Shown in pieces: positions 30,832 through 49,028 of a DNA stretch of 64,000 bases. This DNA is from the human T2T-CHM13v2.0 reference genome, Homo sapiens. The DNA is taken from the NCBI RefSeq assembly GCF_009914755.1, contig NC_060936.1; one strand, given 5' to 3'. The stretch's first letter is position 1, and every line of letters begins with the position of its first letter. Position numbers and translations under genes: made by a program. The notes below the pieces were generated by a model. The model did no database searches. It was not told where the DNA came from and worked only from the letters and a program-made list of their open reading frames with translations.

Positions 30832-31327
30832 TATATTTCATAGCAGCTCTAAAAAAATCATAGACTTACATTGTTTTATGTTACCCAAGAAAGAAAACAA
30901 AGGCTGCCAATGAAACTATGCCATACCGCTGATATGTAAGGCACCTTTAAGCCACATCTTTTTCCTTTTTTTTTTGAGACAGGGTCTCACTCTGTCTCCC
31001 AGACTGGAGTGCAGAGGCGCAATCTCGGCCCACTGCAATTTCCGCCTCCCGGTTCAAGCGATTCTCCTCCCTTAGCCTCCCAAGGAGCTGAGATTACAGG
31101 CATGCGCCACCATGCCCAGCTAATTTTTGTATTTTTAGTAGAGAGGAGGTTTCACCATTTTGGCAAGGCTGGTGTTGAACTCGTGACCTCAAATGATTCA
31201 CCCGCCTCGACCTCCCAAAATGCTGGGATTACAGGCATGAGCCACCGCGCCCGGCCTGAGACACATCTTGAATTCAGAGATGTAAACATGTCAGAAACAA
31301 CGAGTCTTAGAATCTCTGAGATATTGT
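30832..31327. mobile_element. MER104-like (TcMar-Tc2) interrupted by an antisense AluS (30960-31257)
   Basis: AAGAAAGAAAA..GCTGCCAAT..AACTATG and TTCAGAGATGT..GTCTTAGAATC halves on either side of the Alu. Confidence 0.7.
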
Positions 31328-31425
31328 CATGAACTGGGAAACAACGAGTCTTAGAATCTCTGAGATATTGTCATGAACTGGGAAACAACGAGTCTTAGAA
31401 TCTCTGAGATATTGTCATGAACTGG
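31294..31425. repeat. Perfect 44-bp x3 minisatellite
   Basis: GAAACAACGAGTCTTAGAATCTCTGAGATATTGTCATGAACTGG at 31294, 31338 and 31382. Confidence 0.97.
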
Positions 31426-31587
31426 TGTTCCAAAGAGGAAAAGATTCTACCAGGTTCTGTTCTGAAGCCTGAGAGACTGTAGTACAAATAAATGTGAAGG
31501 AAGTTTATTATTCTGTGACATTATTTCAGCAAAGCTAGTAACTTTGGAGTTTGTTAACAGATTAACTTGTCTCCTGTTTTCTAGAGG

Positions 31588-31812
31588 CATGTTTTTCAAC
31601 CTGCAACTCAAAAATCAATTTCATTTTTATATGAAATAGGCTAGGATGTAATACAATATAAAATACCAGAGTGCATAATGTCTAGTAAGGGCAAAAATTG
31701 CTTCCTGAAACTTTTTGTTTCAAATATGGTGGAAGGTGAGAGTATGTCCTATGTTGTGATTTAAACAATTTCTTACTGTGAGTTGCAATCAAATAGATTT
31801 GGAAAAGAATGT
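31588..31812. mobile_element. hAT-Charlie-type MITE (subfamily uncertain)
   Basis: AGAGTGCAT..TAGTAAGGG..TTTCTTACTGTG motifs; 8-bp flanks TTCTAGAG/TCCTAGAG. Confidence 0.55.
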
Positions 31813-32969
31813 TCCTAGAGCATAGATAATATGCAAAATACACCATCTGGACCCCGTTTTTCTGGTACTTTTATTTTACTTTGGAAACTGAGACTAAAGA
31901 TTAGAAAAAGGTGGCAAATTGCCTTGCCTAATTCTCTTCTGCCTCAGCCCCAATTTCATACATTGGCTTTTGAAAATTTGATCATTTGTTGGAAAAAGCA
32001 ATGTACTGGAAGCAAGGAAGCCTAGGTTACAGACTTAGCTAATGAGATGTATGACTAGATAAATTACTCCCTGCATTTCAAGTTCCAATCAAGTAGGACC
32101 ACATGCTGTTTGAGAAATGATACTAAACCACCTTTTTTTTTTCCCAGTGGATGGCAATCACATTGGAAACAAACAGACACGGTATACTCAGGATTATGCA
32201 AATTACTGACAGCCTACGTTTAACTTCTTTCAGCTCCACTCAAAAAAAAGAAAGTCCTAATGCAAGTAATTGAAAGTGAAGATATTGCAAAACAAATGTA
32301 AGTATATCTTTCACAATCTTCTCTACTTTGATTATCACTAGTATAATAGTTACTTGTCATGAATAACTAATGATTTTGACATACTTAACAACTGATTGCA
32401 ACACAAAAATATATTAATCCACTACAGTTGAAAAATCGTTTTTTCAGATCCTTTCAAATCTGATATTGTGATTCCAGGAATGATAATTCAATCTAGCATT
32501 TTCAATGTAATGACAACATAAACAGAAACTAATATGTGATCCTGCACTGTAACTGAAAAATATTCAGTAACTCCCAGAGATGCCCTGCAAGTTTGCTACT
32601 CTTACAATGATTTTAAGAATGACATTTTGAAATAAAGCTTTTTTATTATAACGATCCGATTTTAACTCCAAAGAGAATTCATCTCTTTTGCCTACTGCTT
32701 TATTAATTATACATTTCTAAGAATGGGAAGTTCTTTCCAAATTAGTTTAAGCACTGACAGGCTTGACAGCCTTTCCCACAGTATATTTCAACCCTGACCT
32801 AGAATGACAGAGATGTTGCTTGAGGTTGTTTGCTTTTTTCCATTTGGCTTATCCCATTAGACAATTATGTTGCTGACAATTACTAATCAGGATTCTAGAC
32901 TAAAATCCTCATTTTCTGGAAGAGAATTTAGATTAAGAGCAACCTCAGCCATAAATAAGGTATTCAACA

Positions 32970-33320
32970 CAGCTTTGAAGACTTGTATTCTTGTTGGTCA
33001 TGTGATTTGCTTTAGCCAGTGCTTTGTGAGCAGATGTTAAATGCTAAATCAAAGCAGAGGCTTTAAATTTGATTGCAAAATTCAGGTCAATCTCTTACTC
33101 TTGTGCCACCTGCCATGAGAAAGGTATGTTCCAGATAAGATCTCAGAATAAGAAAATAGATGGAGCAGACCTGAAACTCTCACCCTGTACAGAACTGAAG
33201 CAACTGACTTGCAGCTCCTGACATACGGCTACTGATGTGAAACAAGAGTAAAACAAAAATATTTGTTGTTGTGAATCACAAATATTTTTGAGATTGTTTG
33301 TTGCGTAGCATAATCTTGCA
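32970..33320 (+). mobile_element. MaLR LTR (MLT1I/J-like)
   Basis: CATGTGA.TTGCTTT.GCCA, TGCCATGAGAA and TTGTTTGTT..GCAT motifs. Confidence 0.65.
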
Positions 33321-33759
33321 AATCATCTAAAGTGAATTTGAGCCAACAAACTCATGAGTCAAAGGCTAAATGTACTGTGGAACAATAATATTTGTCTATT
33401 TAATAAAATAAATAACAGACATCTACAAACTAGTCAACCAGCTATTTGGTAAATATCCACCTAAAATTTATGTTAAGAAGCAGTCTTTATAAAATCTGTA
33501 AATTTGCATGCAAAATGTTTGCATGTAAGATATTTACATACTGATTTTAAATATTTCTGTTTAGTATTATTTGTCTTAAATATCCCTTGAGGAAAATTTG
33601 GATAGTAAAGTATAAAGAGAATATAGGATTCTGTTTCTAGAAATATCAAGGACTAGTTCACACTTGTCACACTGAAAACAAAATCCCTGGAAAAAACATT
33701 TTTTAAATCTTATTAAATATATTGATTAACTGACAATAGGGTAAGAAATTATTAAGTTA

Positions 33760-36300
<2,541 letters not shown>

Positions 36301-37230
36301 AAAAAAAATCACATATCTAACATTAGAAATAGACCCAACCAAATTTGCATTTTATGCCTACTATTAGACCTCATTAGACAAAGTATTTTACAAACTAGTA
36401 CTATTATCTCCATCTGATACATACCTTTTATTTTAAAAGCAAAAACATGATACATTTCTTCTTTTCTCATCCATAGAGGCAAATTGTATTAATATATTAT
36501 TGGTATTCTCTTTTTAAATAACAGCATTTTAAGTGTTTTTCTTCACAATGACATTCTTATTTCAAATTTACATAATGTACCAGTGAAGATGATGTATTAC
36601 ATAATTAGACTAAGAAAGTAGCATATATTTAGGAGATCATGATTTAGAGTAATAAAAAGCAGAATTATATACTATTTTCACTTAACTATGAAGTATTAAT
36701 GATTCCCTCCATAGAAGTCTATAAATGAAAGTTCATCATAACAAATTATATAATTATGTATTCACAGGTTAAAGACAATTAAGTCTTATTGAAATGCTCT
36801 GCCTACCCTTTCCACCCACGTTGCCTATTCAAAATTATGTGCATGCTATGACTTTTAACACCATCTTGGGAAATAGCTAGAAATTTGTGCGCAGGTATAA
36901 GGATTGACTCCTGAGTTTTAACTCAATTCAGAGGACATCCTAAATTCAAAATAAATTCTAATAATAATAAGAACCCATTTCTGATAGCTACTTAGACTAC
37001 AAATTTCCAATTGTAAATGTGTTTTTCATTTCAATTTTAGGAGAGTGTTTTTTTTTTAAGTTTATCATGACTATTTAAACATGGGAAGCTTAGAACACAT
37101 AATCCCTTAGATTTCCAAATCTGTAAGTATAATGCAAATGAATTATACCTTACTTTTTTTAAACCAGAACCTTTCTCTTTTTTCCCCTCAACCACGAGAT
37201 CATTCAAAGTATATTTACTTATATACTACT

Positions 37231-37379
37231 TTGTTTTTGTTTTAGAATCAGGGTCTCACTCTGTCACCCAGGCTGAAGTGCAGTGGCGTGCATTACAGCC
37301 TCGAACTCCTGGGTTCAAGTGATCTCCCTCCTCAGCCTCCTGAGTCACTGGGATTACAGGCATGAACCACCACACCCTA
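37231..37379 (-). mobile_element. Alu monomer (FLAM/FRAM)
   Basis: Single antisense Alu arm. Confidence 0.85.
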
Positions 37380-39442
37380 GAATATTTTCTTGATAAAACC
37401 AAATCTATAATTTTATAGAAGACTGTCCAAATGACTTTTATTTATATCTCTTAATATATGTAAAAGTGTATACATTACTAGTATTCCTATTAGCTACTAG
37501 ATTGCTAGCTAATTACAAGATTATTCCAGTTAGCTTTGTCCAGCCTGTATTTATACAAGTATATGAAACTCTTGAGAAGTCACAGTAATTAAATTTTCAT
37601 AAACCAGGTTGTATATTAATTCTTTCAATTTAATAAGTTATCAGTTTGTACTGGGTCCTACACTTACTTACAAAAAAAAATTATCAAGTATCTGTATGTT
37701 GTTCTACCTCTTTCCTGAAATGAGTGTAAAGCTAACAAGAGTCCTCACCCTATAAACCAGCAGTATTTCAAAACTCATTGTTACTGTTCTGGGAGTGAAG
37801 GTGCCGTATATTCTTACCGCATTATCAGGTAGCAACCATCTACTCAATCCTCCCAACCACAGGTACTACCTAGATGTCTTTTGCCAGATCTCCCAGGTAT
37901 TTAGTGCCTCTTTTACCTCTACAGAACACTGGTACCCAGAAGTGATATGGTGGAAAAAGAAGGCGCCTACCCTATATTCCAATAAAGTCTGTCCACTACA
38001 TTCCTGTCACGTTCATTCCTCTGTTCTAGGCCCTGTTGATATTCTCCCCTAGTTGTTTCCAGTCCATTTCTATGGGAGCCTTACTTTTGTCTGGTATTCT
38101 TACATGCACAGCTGAGACCAGACTCCCAGTCTCATTCCCTTAATTGTATCCTTTAATCCTTAATCCCTGTAATATCCTCCTGGAACTGGGATTGATATAC
38201 CTCTATTGAAGACTTTATCTTTGAATGTCAGCTCACTTCCAGACATGGCCACCAACTCCACCCCATGATCGCACATTGTTATACTCCCCACTTCCTTCTG
38301 CAGTCAGCAAATAGACTTGGACCTGACATTCTTTGTGTCCTAAGCCCCCCACCCCTTCCTTAAGTTACTAAAGTAGTACACCAAAAGAATACAATTATCT
38401 GAACTGAGGGCGGGGAAAATTCCAGAGAAAAATGACCTTCGTGCAACAAACAAAGGCAAGAGAGTAAAAGGGAGGGCACTGTTAGAGATTTAAAATAGAC
38501 TTACCAGATATATCAACCAAGTGCAATACGTGGATCTTTACCTTTATCAGATTCCAATTCAAACAACTTATAAAAAGATATAATGAGACAATCAGGAAAA
38601 TTTTAATACCAACTACATATTACAGGATATTAAGGAATTATTGTTAATTGTCTTAGTTGTGATAATGGTACATGATTATGGTTTTTGTTTTTTTAATGTC
38701 TCATTTCCTAAAGACATTCTAAAATGTTACTGGGTCCCTGCTTTAGGAAAGAAAAAAAAAGAAGACTTTCAGAGTATGTCACTTTCTTTTTTATACCTGT
38801 CGGTCAATTCCATGGGAAAGTATTACTACTTGTTATTTTCTACCCTTAACCAAATACAGTAATCATTTTCTCCTTATCATATCTATTATTATTTTTTAGT
38901 AGAAGTGTTCAAATCAAAAGCAGCCCATGCTGCCTACCTGGTATTTGCTCCAAACATCTATTAAACCACTATGGAAGGCCTAACATCATAAGACTGGTGG
39001 TAAATAAATCTGATTGAGCATGTTAGCATGTTCAAATTTATATAAAGCATTCTGCAAATACAGATTACTCTAGAGATGCTAAGAAGCAGATGTACTGATC
39101 TCGTTGGCATTGGCATTCACATGATTCAGCTACAAATAGAATTTGAACAGATTCCAAATGCACAACTGTCAAATTCATAAAAAGTAGCAAAAAAAATGTC
39201 AAATAAAAATTTAGGCTTTGCCTAGAATAGCAGTGACTGTGTTTTAAAAAAATCGAAATATTCTGTTAATGTTTTATTTCTTCAGTGCTAATATTTGACA
39301 AGAACTAAGTACTTTGATTTCCATTGAATTCGCAGTGATAGCCCAGAAACTGTTATAAGTTAGTATTACTATTGGGTCCACAGAAAACCTCAAAATACAT
39401 TTTAACCAAAATTACAAAGTTAATACAAATTTGATTCACTGA

Positions 39443-39620
39443 AGTAGTATAGTGCAGTGTGTTTGAGTTCTAACACCAAAATCAGACAGATCTCAGTTCT
39501 AACCCTAGCTTTGTCATTTACCACCAAGGCTGTCATCTGTAAAATCATCTGTAAAACAGGAGTTTAAAAAAAAACTCTTTTATAATATTATAAGAATTAA
39601 AGAACTCAAGAAATATAAAC
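39443..39620 (+). mobile_element. MIR
   Basis: TCAGACAGA..CAGTTC.AA.CC.AGCT and CATCTGTAAAA core. Confidence 0.7.
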
Positions 39621-40032
39621 TATTATGGTCACTACCTTTTGGGAATATTATGTTCTATACAATATTACTAACTGTATTTTCACTACACCCAGTTGGAGAA
39701 AAATTACACACAGACCATACACTCTACCATCCTCTCTTTGATAACAAGGCTTTTGTAGCAACTGGCCTGATTCTGAGGTTTATAGAAGATACATAGGCAG
39801 GCATGACTTCAGGCCATTATGCAGCTTTATGTAATAATCTACACAACCCCTAATATGTACGTATCAGGATCTTTCATGTGATGTGAAAATGAAAGCCACT
39901 TCCTTAACAACCAGGAAACACTAAATTTCAGAGTTATGTTTTCCATTCAAGTAAATCTCCAGCCAGACCTCCTCTTACAATACATGGAGTTAGCATTCCC
40001 AGCCAGTCCCCTCTTGCCACACTTATTTCTTA

Positions 40033-40370
<338 letters not shown>

Positions 40371-42083
40371 ACTTACATCTAAGGGTGATGCAGTAATGCA
40401 CACATGTCCTTATTATTATTCTTTTGCCTTCACAGTGTTGCTTAGCAACCCAGAACATCTTATCTATGATTTTGGGTGTAAAAATGGCTTTTTGAAATAT
40501 TTATTTGAAATCTTTCTTTGAAACATGTAAGATAGATATAAAGATTTCAGGCGAATTCAAGTTAAACATTTAGGGCTAGAATACTTACAGGTTATATTTT
40601 TTTATATAGTATCTTTCATGCTATTTGATTAATGTACAACTATTGATATTTAGAATGACAGCTGAATTGATGATATGATGACAGGCTCATCCCTCCATTG
40701 TAAACTATGGTAAGTAATTTGTATGGCATTGCTTTGATACTACACAGATGTCCAGTTCCCCTTCAAACATAAACCTTATGCTTTAACACTTATTGAAAAC
40801 CCTTACATGAGTCAGTAATTTCAATAAGAATTGCAAAACAATTATAAATATATCATTCCTTCTACATTCTGACTTTCTTTGGTAACCTAGAGCTTGCCTT
40901 TATTACCTGGAACTATTTGGTTACCCTGAAATATAACTCCTACTGGAAAGGAAAAGTAAATAATAAGTCTTTGCTTTTAATTACTAATTTTCAAAGTAAA
41001 GATATTTTGGAGACTAATGGAAAAATTTGAATTTGGGTTTTAGATAAGATAAAAATGTATTCACTTGGAAAGGTGAAGATTGTTAATTTAAAAAAGTAAA
41101 TAGGTTACAAAACCACACATTGAGTATGGTATCATTTTGGTAAAAATATATTTATATATTTATGTGCATATATAGGAATAAATAATGAACTGGAAAGATA
41201 TACACCGAACTGTTAATCTCTGGAAAGGGGGTTGTTTTGTTTTATTTTGCTGATATGTAGTTTTGTACTTTCTACTTGCATATGCTGGTTTTATAATAAT
41301 AAAAGGTTATTTTAAAAAGAAAATCACTATTTTCCGCTGAGCCCAGATACAGCTTCTGAATCACCATCAACATGAGACTGGTACATTCCAGCATGGGAGG
41401 CTGCCAGGGCATCAGTCCAGCTGGTTACTTCTTCGAAGAAGTAACTACTGATTTCCTTTTGCCTATTGATTTCCATTGCCTATGCATCTTACCTGTGGCT
41501 CAAGATTACCTTGGCACTAAATCCAATTAGCCTTTTCACTTTGGCAGCCCTTACCAATTGGCAACTTCTTTGTCTCTTGGTTTGCTTTTGGGCAAAAATT
41601 ACCTTCTTCTTTAGTTTTTGAGTCATTATATCCTCTTGGTTTTCTTCCTACCTTTCTGACTTCTCAGTCTCCTTTGAAAGTTTACAGCTTCTTTAATTTC
41701 CCCCACAATTCCATACTCAGCCTTCTCTCTTCACTCTATATCTTTTTCCCAAAAAAGGGAGGAGAAAAGAGAATACATTTTATGTTCTAATTCTTGTTAA
41801 TCTATCAAATAGATATCTCTAGCCTTGTTCTCTCTCCTGAAGAACATAGTCACATATATAATCACAAATTATTATAATCTCCATTTAGACATTTCACCTG
41901 AAAAATATATAAAACTTAATTCAATCTCTATGCATTAATTTTTCAATAGTTATTAGTCATCTTCTGAGCATCAGGTTATGCTAGAAACTGAAATACATAT
42001 TAGCATGAGTAAAACTGGCATAGCTGGAAATTAAGTTGAAGAAGTAAATGGAGACCAAATCCTATAGGAGATTTAATGGAATG

Positions 42084-44790
<2,707 letters not shown>

Positions 44791-45428
44791 ACTGCTTCAA
44801 TACTGGAATACATCTGGACATATGTCTAAAATGTTACAATTAGGTTTTGATGTAGGAGGTAAGTGTAATAATAATTTAAATGCAAATAAATTAAACTCCA
44901 CAATCAAAAGACATATAGTGGTGAGTGAATTAAAAATAAAAACCTAACTATACACTGTCCATAAGATACTCACTTTAACTTAAGGACACACATAAACTGC
45001 ACTGAAAGGATGGAAAGAGATATGCCATGCTAACTGGGCACAGTGGCTCATGCTTGTAATCCTAGCACTTTGGGAGACCGAAGCAGGCAGATCAGTTGAG
45101 GCCAGGAGTTTGAGACCAGCCTGGCCAACATGGTGAAATCCTGTCTCTACTAAAAATACAAAAATTAGCTGGGCATGGTGGCAGATGCCTGTAATCTCAG
45201 CTACTCAGGAGGCTGAGGCAGGAGAATTGCTTGAACCTGGGAGGCAGAGGTTGCAGGAGCACTGCACTCTAGCCTGGGCAATAGAGTGAGACTCCATCTC
45301 AAAAAAAGAAAAAAGAGAAAAAGATATGCCATGCAAATAGTAAACAAGAGAGAGTAGGAGTGATTATATTAAACAAAACAGACTGTAAGTAAAAAACTGT
45401 CCTGTCACAGGAGACAAGGAAGAACATT

Positions 45429-45470
45429 TGTATTAGTCAGGGTTCTCTAGAGGAACAGAACTAATAGGAG

Positions 45471-45518
<48 letters not shown>

Positions 45519-45921
45519 GTACATATATATGGACATATAATAAACTTCCATATATATTATTAAGTCACATGATCACAAGGTCCCACAATAGGGTGTCTAC
45601 AAGCTGAAGAGCAAGGAAGCCAGTCAGAGTCCCAAACCTAAGAACTCGGAGTCTAATGTTCGAGAGCAAGAAGCATCCAGCATGGGAGAAAGATGTATGC
45701 TGGGAGGCTAGTCCAGTCTAACTTTTTCATGATTTCCTGCCTGCTTTATATTCACTGGCAGCTGATTAGATGGTGCCCACCAGATTAAGGATGGGTCTGC
45801 CTTCCCCAGCCCACTGACTCAAATGTTAATCTCCTTTGGCAACACCCTCACAGACACATCCAGGATCAATACTTTGCATCCTTCAATCCAATTAAGTTGA
45901 CAGTCAGTAGTAACCATCACA
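45429..45921 (-). mobile_element. MLT2A (HERV-L) solo LTR with internal (TA)n
   Basis: TGTATTAGTCAGGGTTCTCTAGAG...AACCATCACA; perfect 5-bp TSD ACATT. Confidence 0.92.
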
Positions 45922-48661
45922 ACATTGTATAATAATCAAAGGGTAATTCACCAGGAATATATAACAATTGTAAATATATGTGCACCCAATATCAAAGCAT
46001 CTAAACACATAAAGCAAACATTGACAGAACTGAAGGGAGAAATAGGCAGCAATACAATAATAGCAGGAGATTTCAATACCCCATTTTCAATAATGGACAG
46101 AACATCTGGACAGGAGATTAATAAGGAAACAGGACTTGAACTACAATTTAGATCAAATGGCCATCACAGACATATGCAGAATAGTCCACCTAATAGCAGC
46201 AAAACACACGTTCTTCTCAGGCATATATAGGTCTTTCTTCAGGATAGATCATGTTAAGTCACTAAACTAATTTTAGCATTATTAAGAAGATTCAGGTTAG
46301 CCATGGTGTCTCACACCTGTAATCCCAACACTTTGGGAGGTCAAGGCAGGTGGGTCACTTGAGGTCAGGAGTTTGAGACCAGCCTGGCCAAGATGGTAAA
46401 ACTCCATCTCTACTAATACAAAAAAATTAGCCAGGTGTGGTGGCGTGCACCTGTAATCCCAGCTATTGGGGAGGCTGAGGCACAAGAATCGCTTGAACTC
46501 AGGAGGTGGAGGTTGCAGTGAGCCAATGTCGCACCACTTGTACTTCAGTCTGGGTGACAGAGTGAGACTGTGTCAAAAAAAAAAAAAAAGAAGAAGATTG
46601 AAATCGTATCAGGTATCTTTTCTGAATACAATGAAAACAAATAGAAATCAATAGAAGAAGGAATTTGGAAAATTCATAAACACATGGAAATTAACACACT
46701 TCTGAATAACCACTTGGTCAAAGGAGATATCAAAAGTTAAATCAGAAAATTCCTCTATAGACAGGCCGGGCGCTGTGGCTCATGCCTGTAATCCTAGCAC
46801 TTTGGTAGGCCAAGGTGGGTGGATCACGAGGTCAGGAATTCAAGACCAGTCTGGCCAAGATGGTGAAACCCCGTGTCTACTAAAAATGCAATAATTAGCC
46901 AGGTTTGGTGGCAGGCGCCTGTAATCCCAGCTACTCGGGAAGCTGAGGCAGGGAATTGCTTGAACCTGGGAGGCAGAGGTTGCAGTGAGCAAAATCACAC
47001 CACTGCACTCTAGCCTGGACAACAGAGCAAGACTCCATCTCAAAAAAAAAAAATTCCTCTAGACAAACAAAAACACAACATATCAAAACTTATGGGCTGC
47101 AGCAAAAGCAGTACTAAGTTCATAGTGATAAACAGGTGCATTAAAACATAAGAAAGATTTGAAATAAACAACCCAAATTTATACCTTGAGGAAGTAGAAA
47201 AAAAAGAACAAAGTAAGCCCAAAATTAGCAAAAAGAAGGAAATAACAAACAGTAGACTAGGAGTAAATGAAATAGAAAATAGAAACATAATAGAAAAAAA
47301 TCAGCACAGCTAAGAGTTGGTTTTTTGAAAAGATAACTAAAATCAAACTCTTAGCTAGACTAAGAAAAAGAAGAGTCAAATAAGTAAAATCAGAAATAAA
47401 AGAATAGACATTACAACTGATGCCACAGAAATACAAAAGGTCATAAGAGACTACTATGAAAAATTATAAGCCAACAAACTAGATAAACTGGAAAAAAATG
47501 GATAAATTGCTCATACAACCTACCAAGACTGAATCAGGAAGAAATAGAATGCCTGAACAGACCAATAGCTAGTATGGAGATTGATTCAATAATCAAAAAC
47601 TTCCCCAAAAAGAAAAGTCCAGGACCAGGCTTCCATGGTGAACTCTACTTTAAAGACAAATTAATGTCAATCCTTTTTGACCTCTTCAGAAAAATTAAAA
47701 AGGAAGGAAAGGTTCTAAACTCATGAGGTCAGCTTTATGCTGATACCAAAGACAGACAAAGACACCACAAGAAAACTACAGCTCAATATTCCTAAAGAAT
47801 ATCGATGTAAAAATTTTCAACAAATACTAGCAAAACAAATCCAACAGCACATTAAAAAGATCATACACCATGACCAGGTGTAATTTATGCCTGAGATACA
47901 AAGATTTCAATATATGAAATCAACTAATCTGATACAGCATATTAGCAGAATAAAAAATAATCATCACATGATTCTCTCAGTTGATACATAGGCATTTCAC
48001 AAAATTCAACATGATAAAAACGCTTTGTTGATGAAAATTTCCAACACATAGTAATAGAGGGAAATGATCTCAACATAATAAAGTATATATGCAAAGCCCA
48101 CAGCTAACATCATACTCAACAGAAAAAAATTGAAAGTTTTTCCTCTAAGATAAATGAGACAAGGGTGCCAACTCTTGCCGCTTTTATTCAACACAGTACT
48201 GGAGATTCTAGCCAGAATAGCTAGGCAAGAAAATGAAATATAGGCTGGGTGTGATGGCTCACACCCTATAATCCCAGCACTTTCGGAGGCCGAGGCGGGC
48301 AGATCACCTGAGGTCAGGAGTTCAAGAGCAGCAGCCTGGCCAACATGGTGAAACCCCATCTCTACTAAAAATACAAAAATTAGCTGGGCGTGGTGGCAGG
48401 CACCTGTAATCCCAGCTACTCTGGATGCTGAGGCAGGAGAATCACTTGAACTGAGGAGGCGAAGGTTGCAGTAAGCCAAGATCACACCACTGCGTTCTGG
48501 CCTGGGTGACAGAGCAATACTGTCTCAGAAAAAAAAAAAAAAAAAAGGAAAATGAAATATAAGACTTACAATTGGAAAGGAAGAAATAAAATTGTCCCTG
48601 GTTGCAGATGACATACTCATATATAGAAAACCCAAAGACTTCCTTTAAAAAAGGTTAGAAC

Positions 48662-49028
48662 ACAATTATTACCATGACTCTGATGTAGCGACAATATCAA
48701 CACATTTCAAAAGAAAATACCCAGATAATTTGTCCTCTTTGAGGGCAGGGAACATGTCTTAGTCATGTTTGTTTACCCAGTACCTACAAAGAGCCTGAAA
48801 CAGTAGACAGTGAAGGTAAATGCTTGCTGAGAGAAGGTTGTAGTATATTACCATATTGATAAATTGTAGTTTTTGAATATTCATGGAAATAAGTGGCATA
48901 TAGGCCAAGAACTATTATTATATACTTTTATTAATGTAAGTTTAAGTAACAGAGCACAATGTTGATTTAGTTGGTGGTAAATAAAGCTGGCAACTACCTC
49001 ACAACAAAAAATTTAAAAATTCAAAAAT
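48662..49028 (+). pseudogene. Short retrocopied 3' end or orphan transduction inside the L1
   Basis: Non-L1 insert with AATAAA (48980), A-rich tail and a 16-bp TSD (14/16 identical). Confidence 0.65.

Noticed and set aside
31294-31425. 44-bp direct repeats as a CRISPR array
   Set aside because: Units are contiguous with no spacers, there are no cas genes, and the context is mammalian; it is a minisatellite.
31500-31585. Possible missing second half of the F-box (LVTL/GVC*Q)
   Set aside because: Motif is too short and frame-ambiguous and has no clear donor; not counted among the fossil exons.
32148-32297. Alternative reading KKVLMQVIESEDIAKQ as a RasGEF-like fragment
   Set aside because: Isolated resemblance not continued in neighbouring exons; the F-box/LRR reading explains all segments together.
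45925-46230. Endonuclease-like ORF (GDFNTP)
   Set aside because: Fragment of a dead L1 ORF2, not a host gene.
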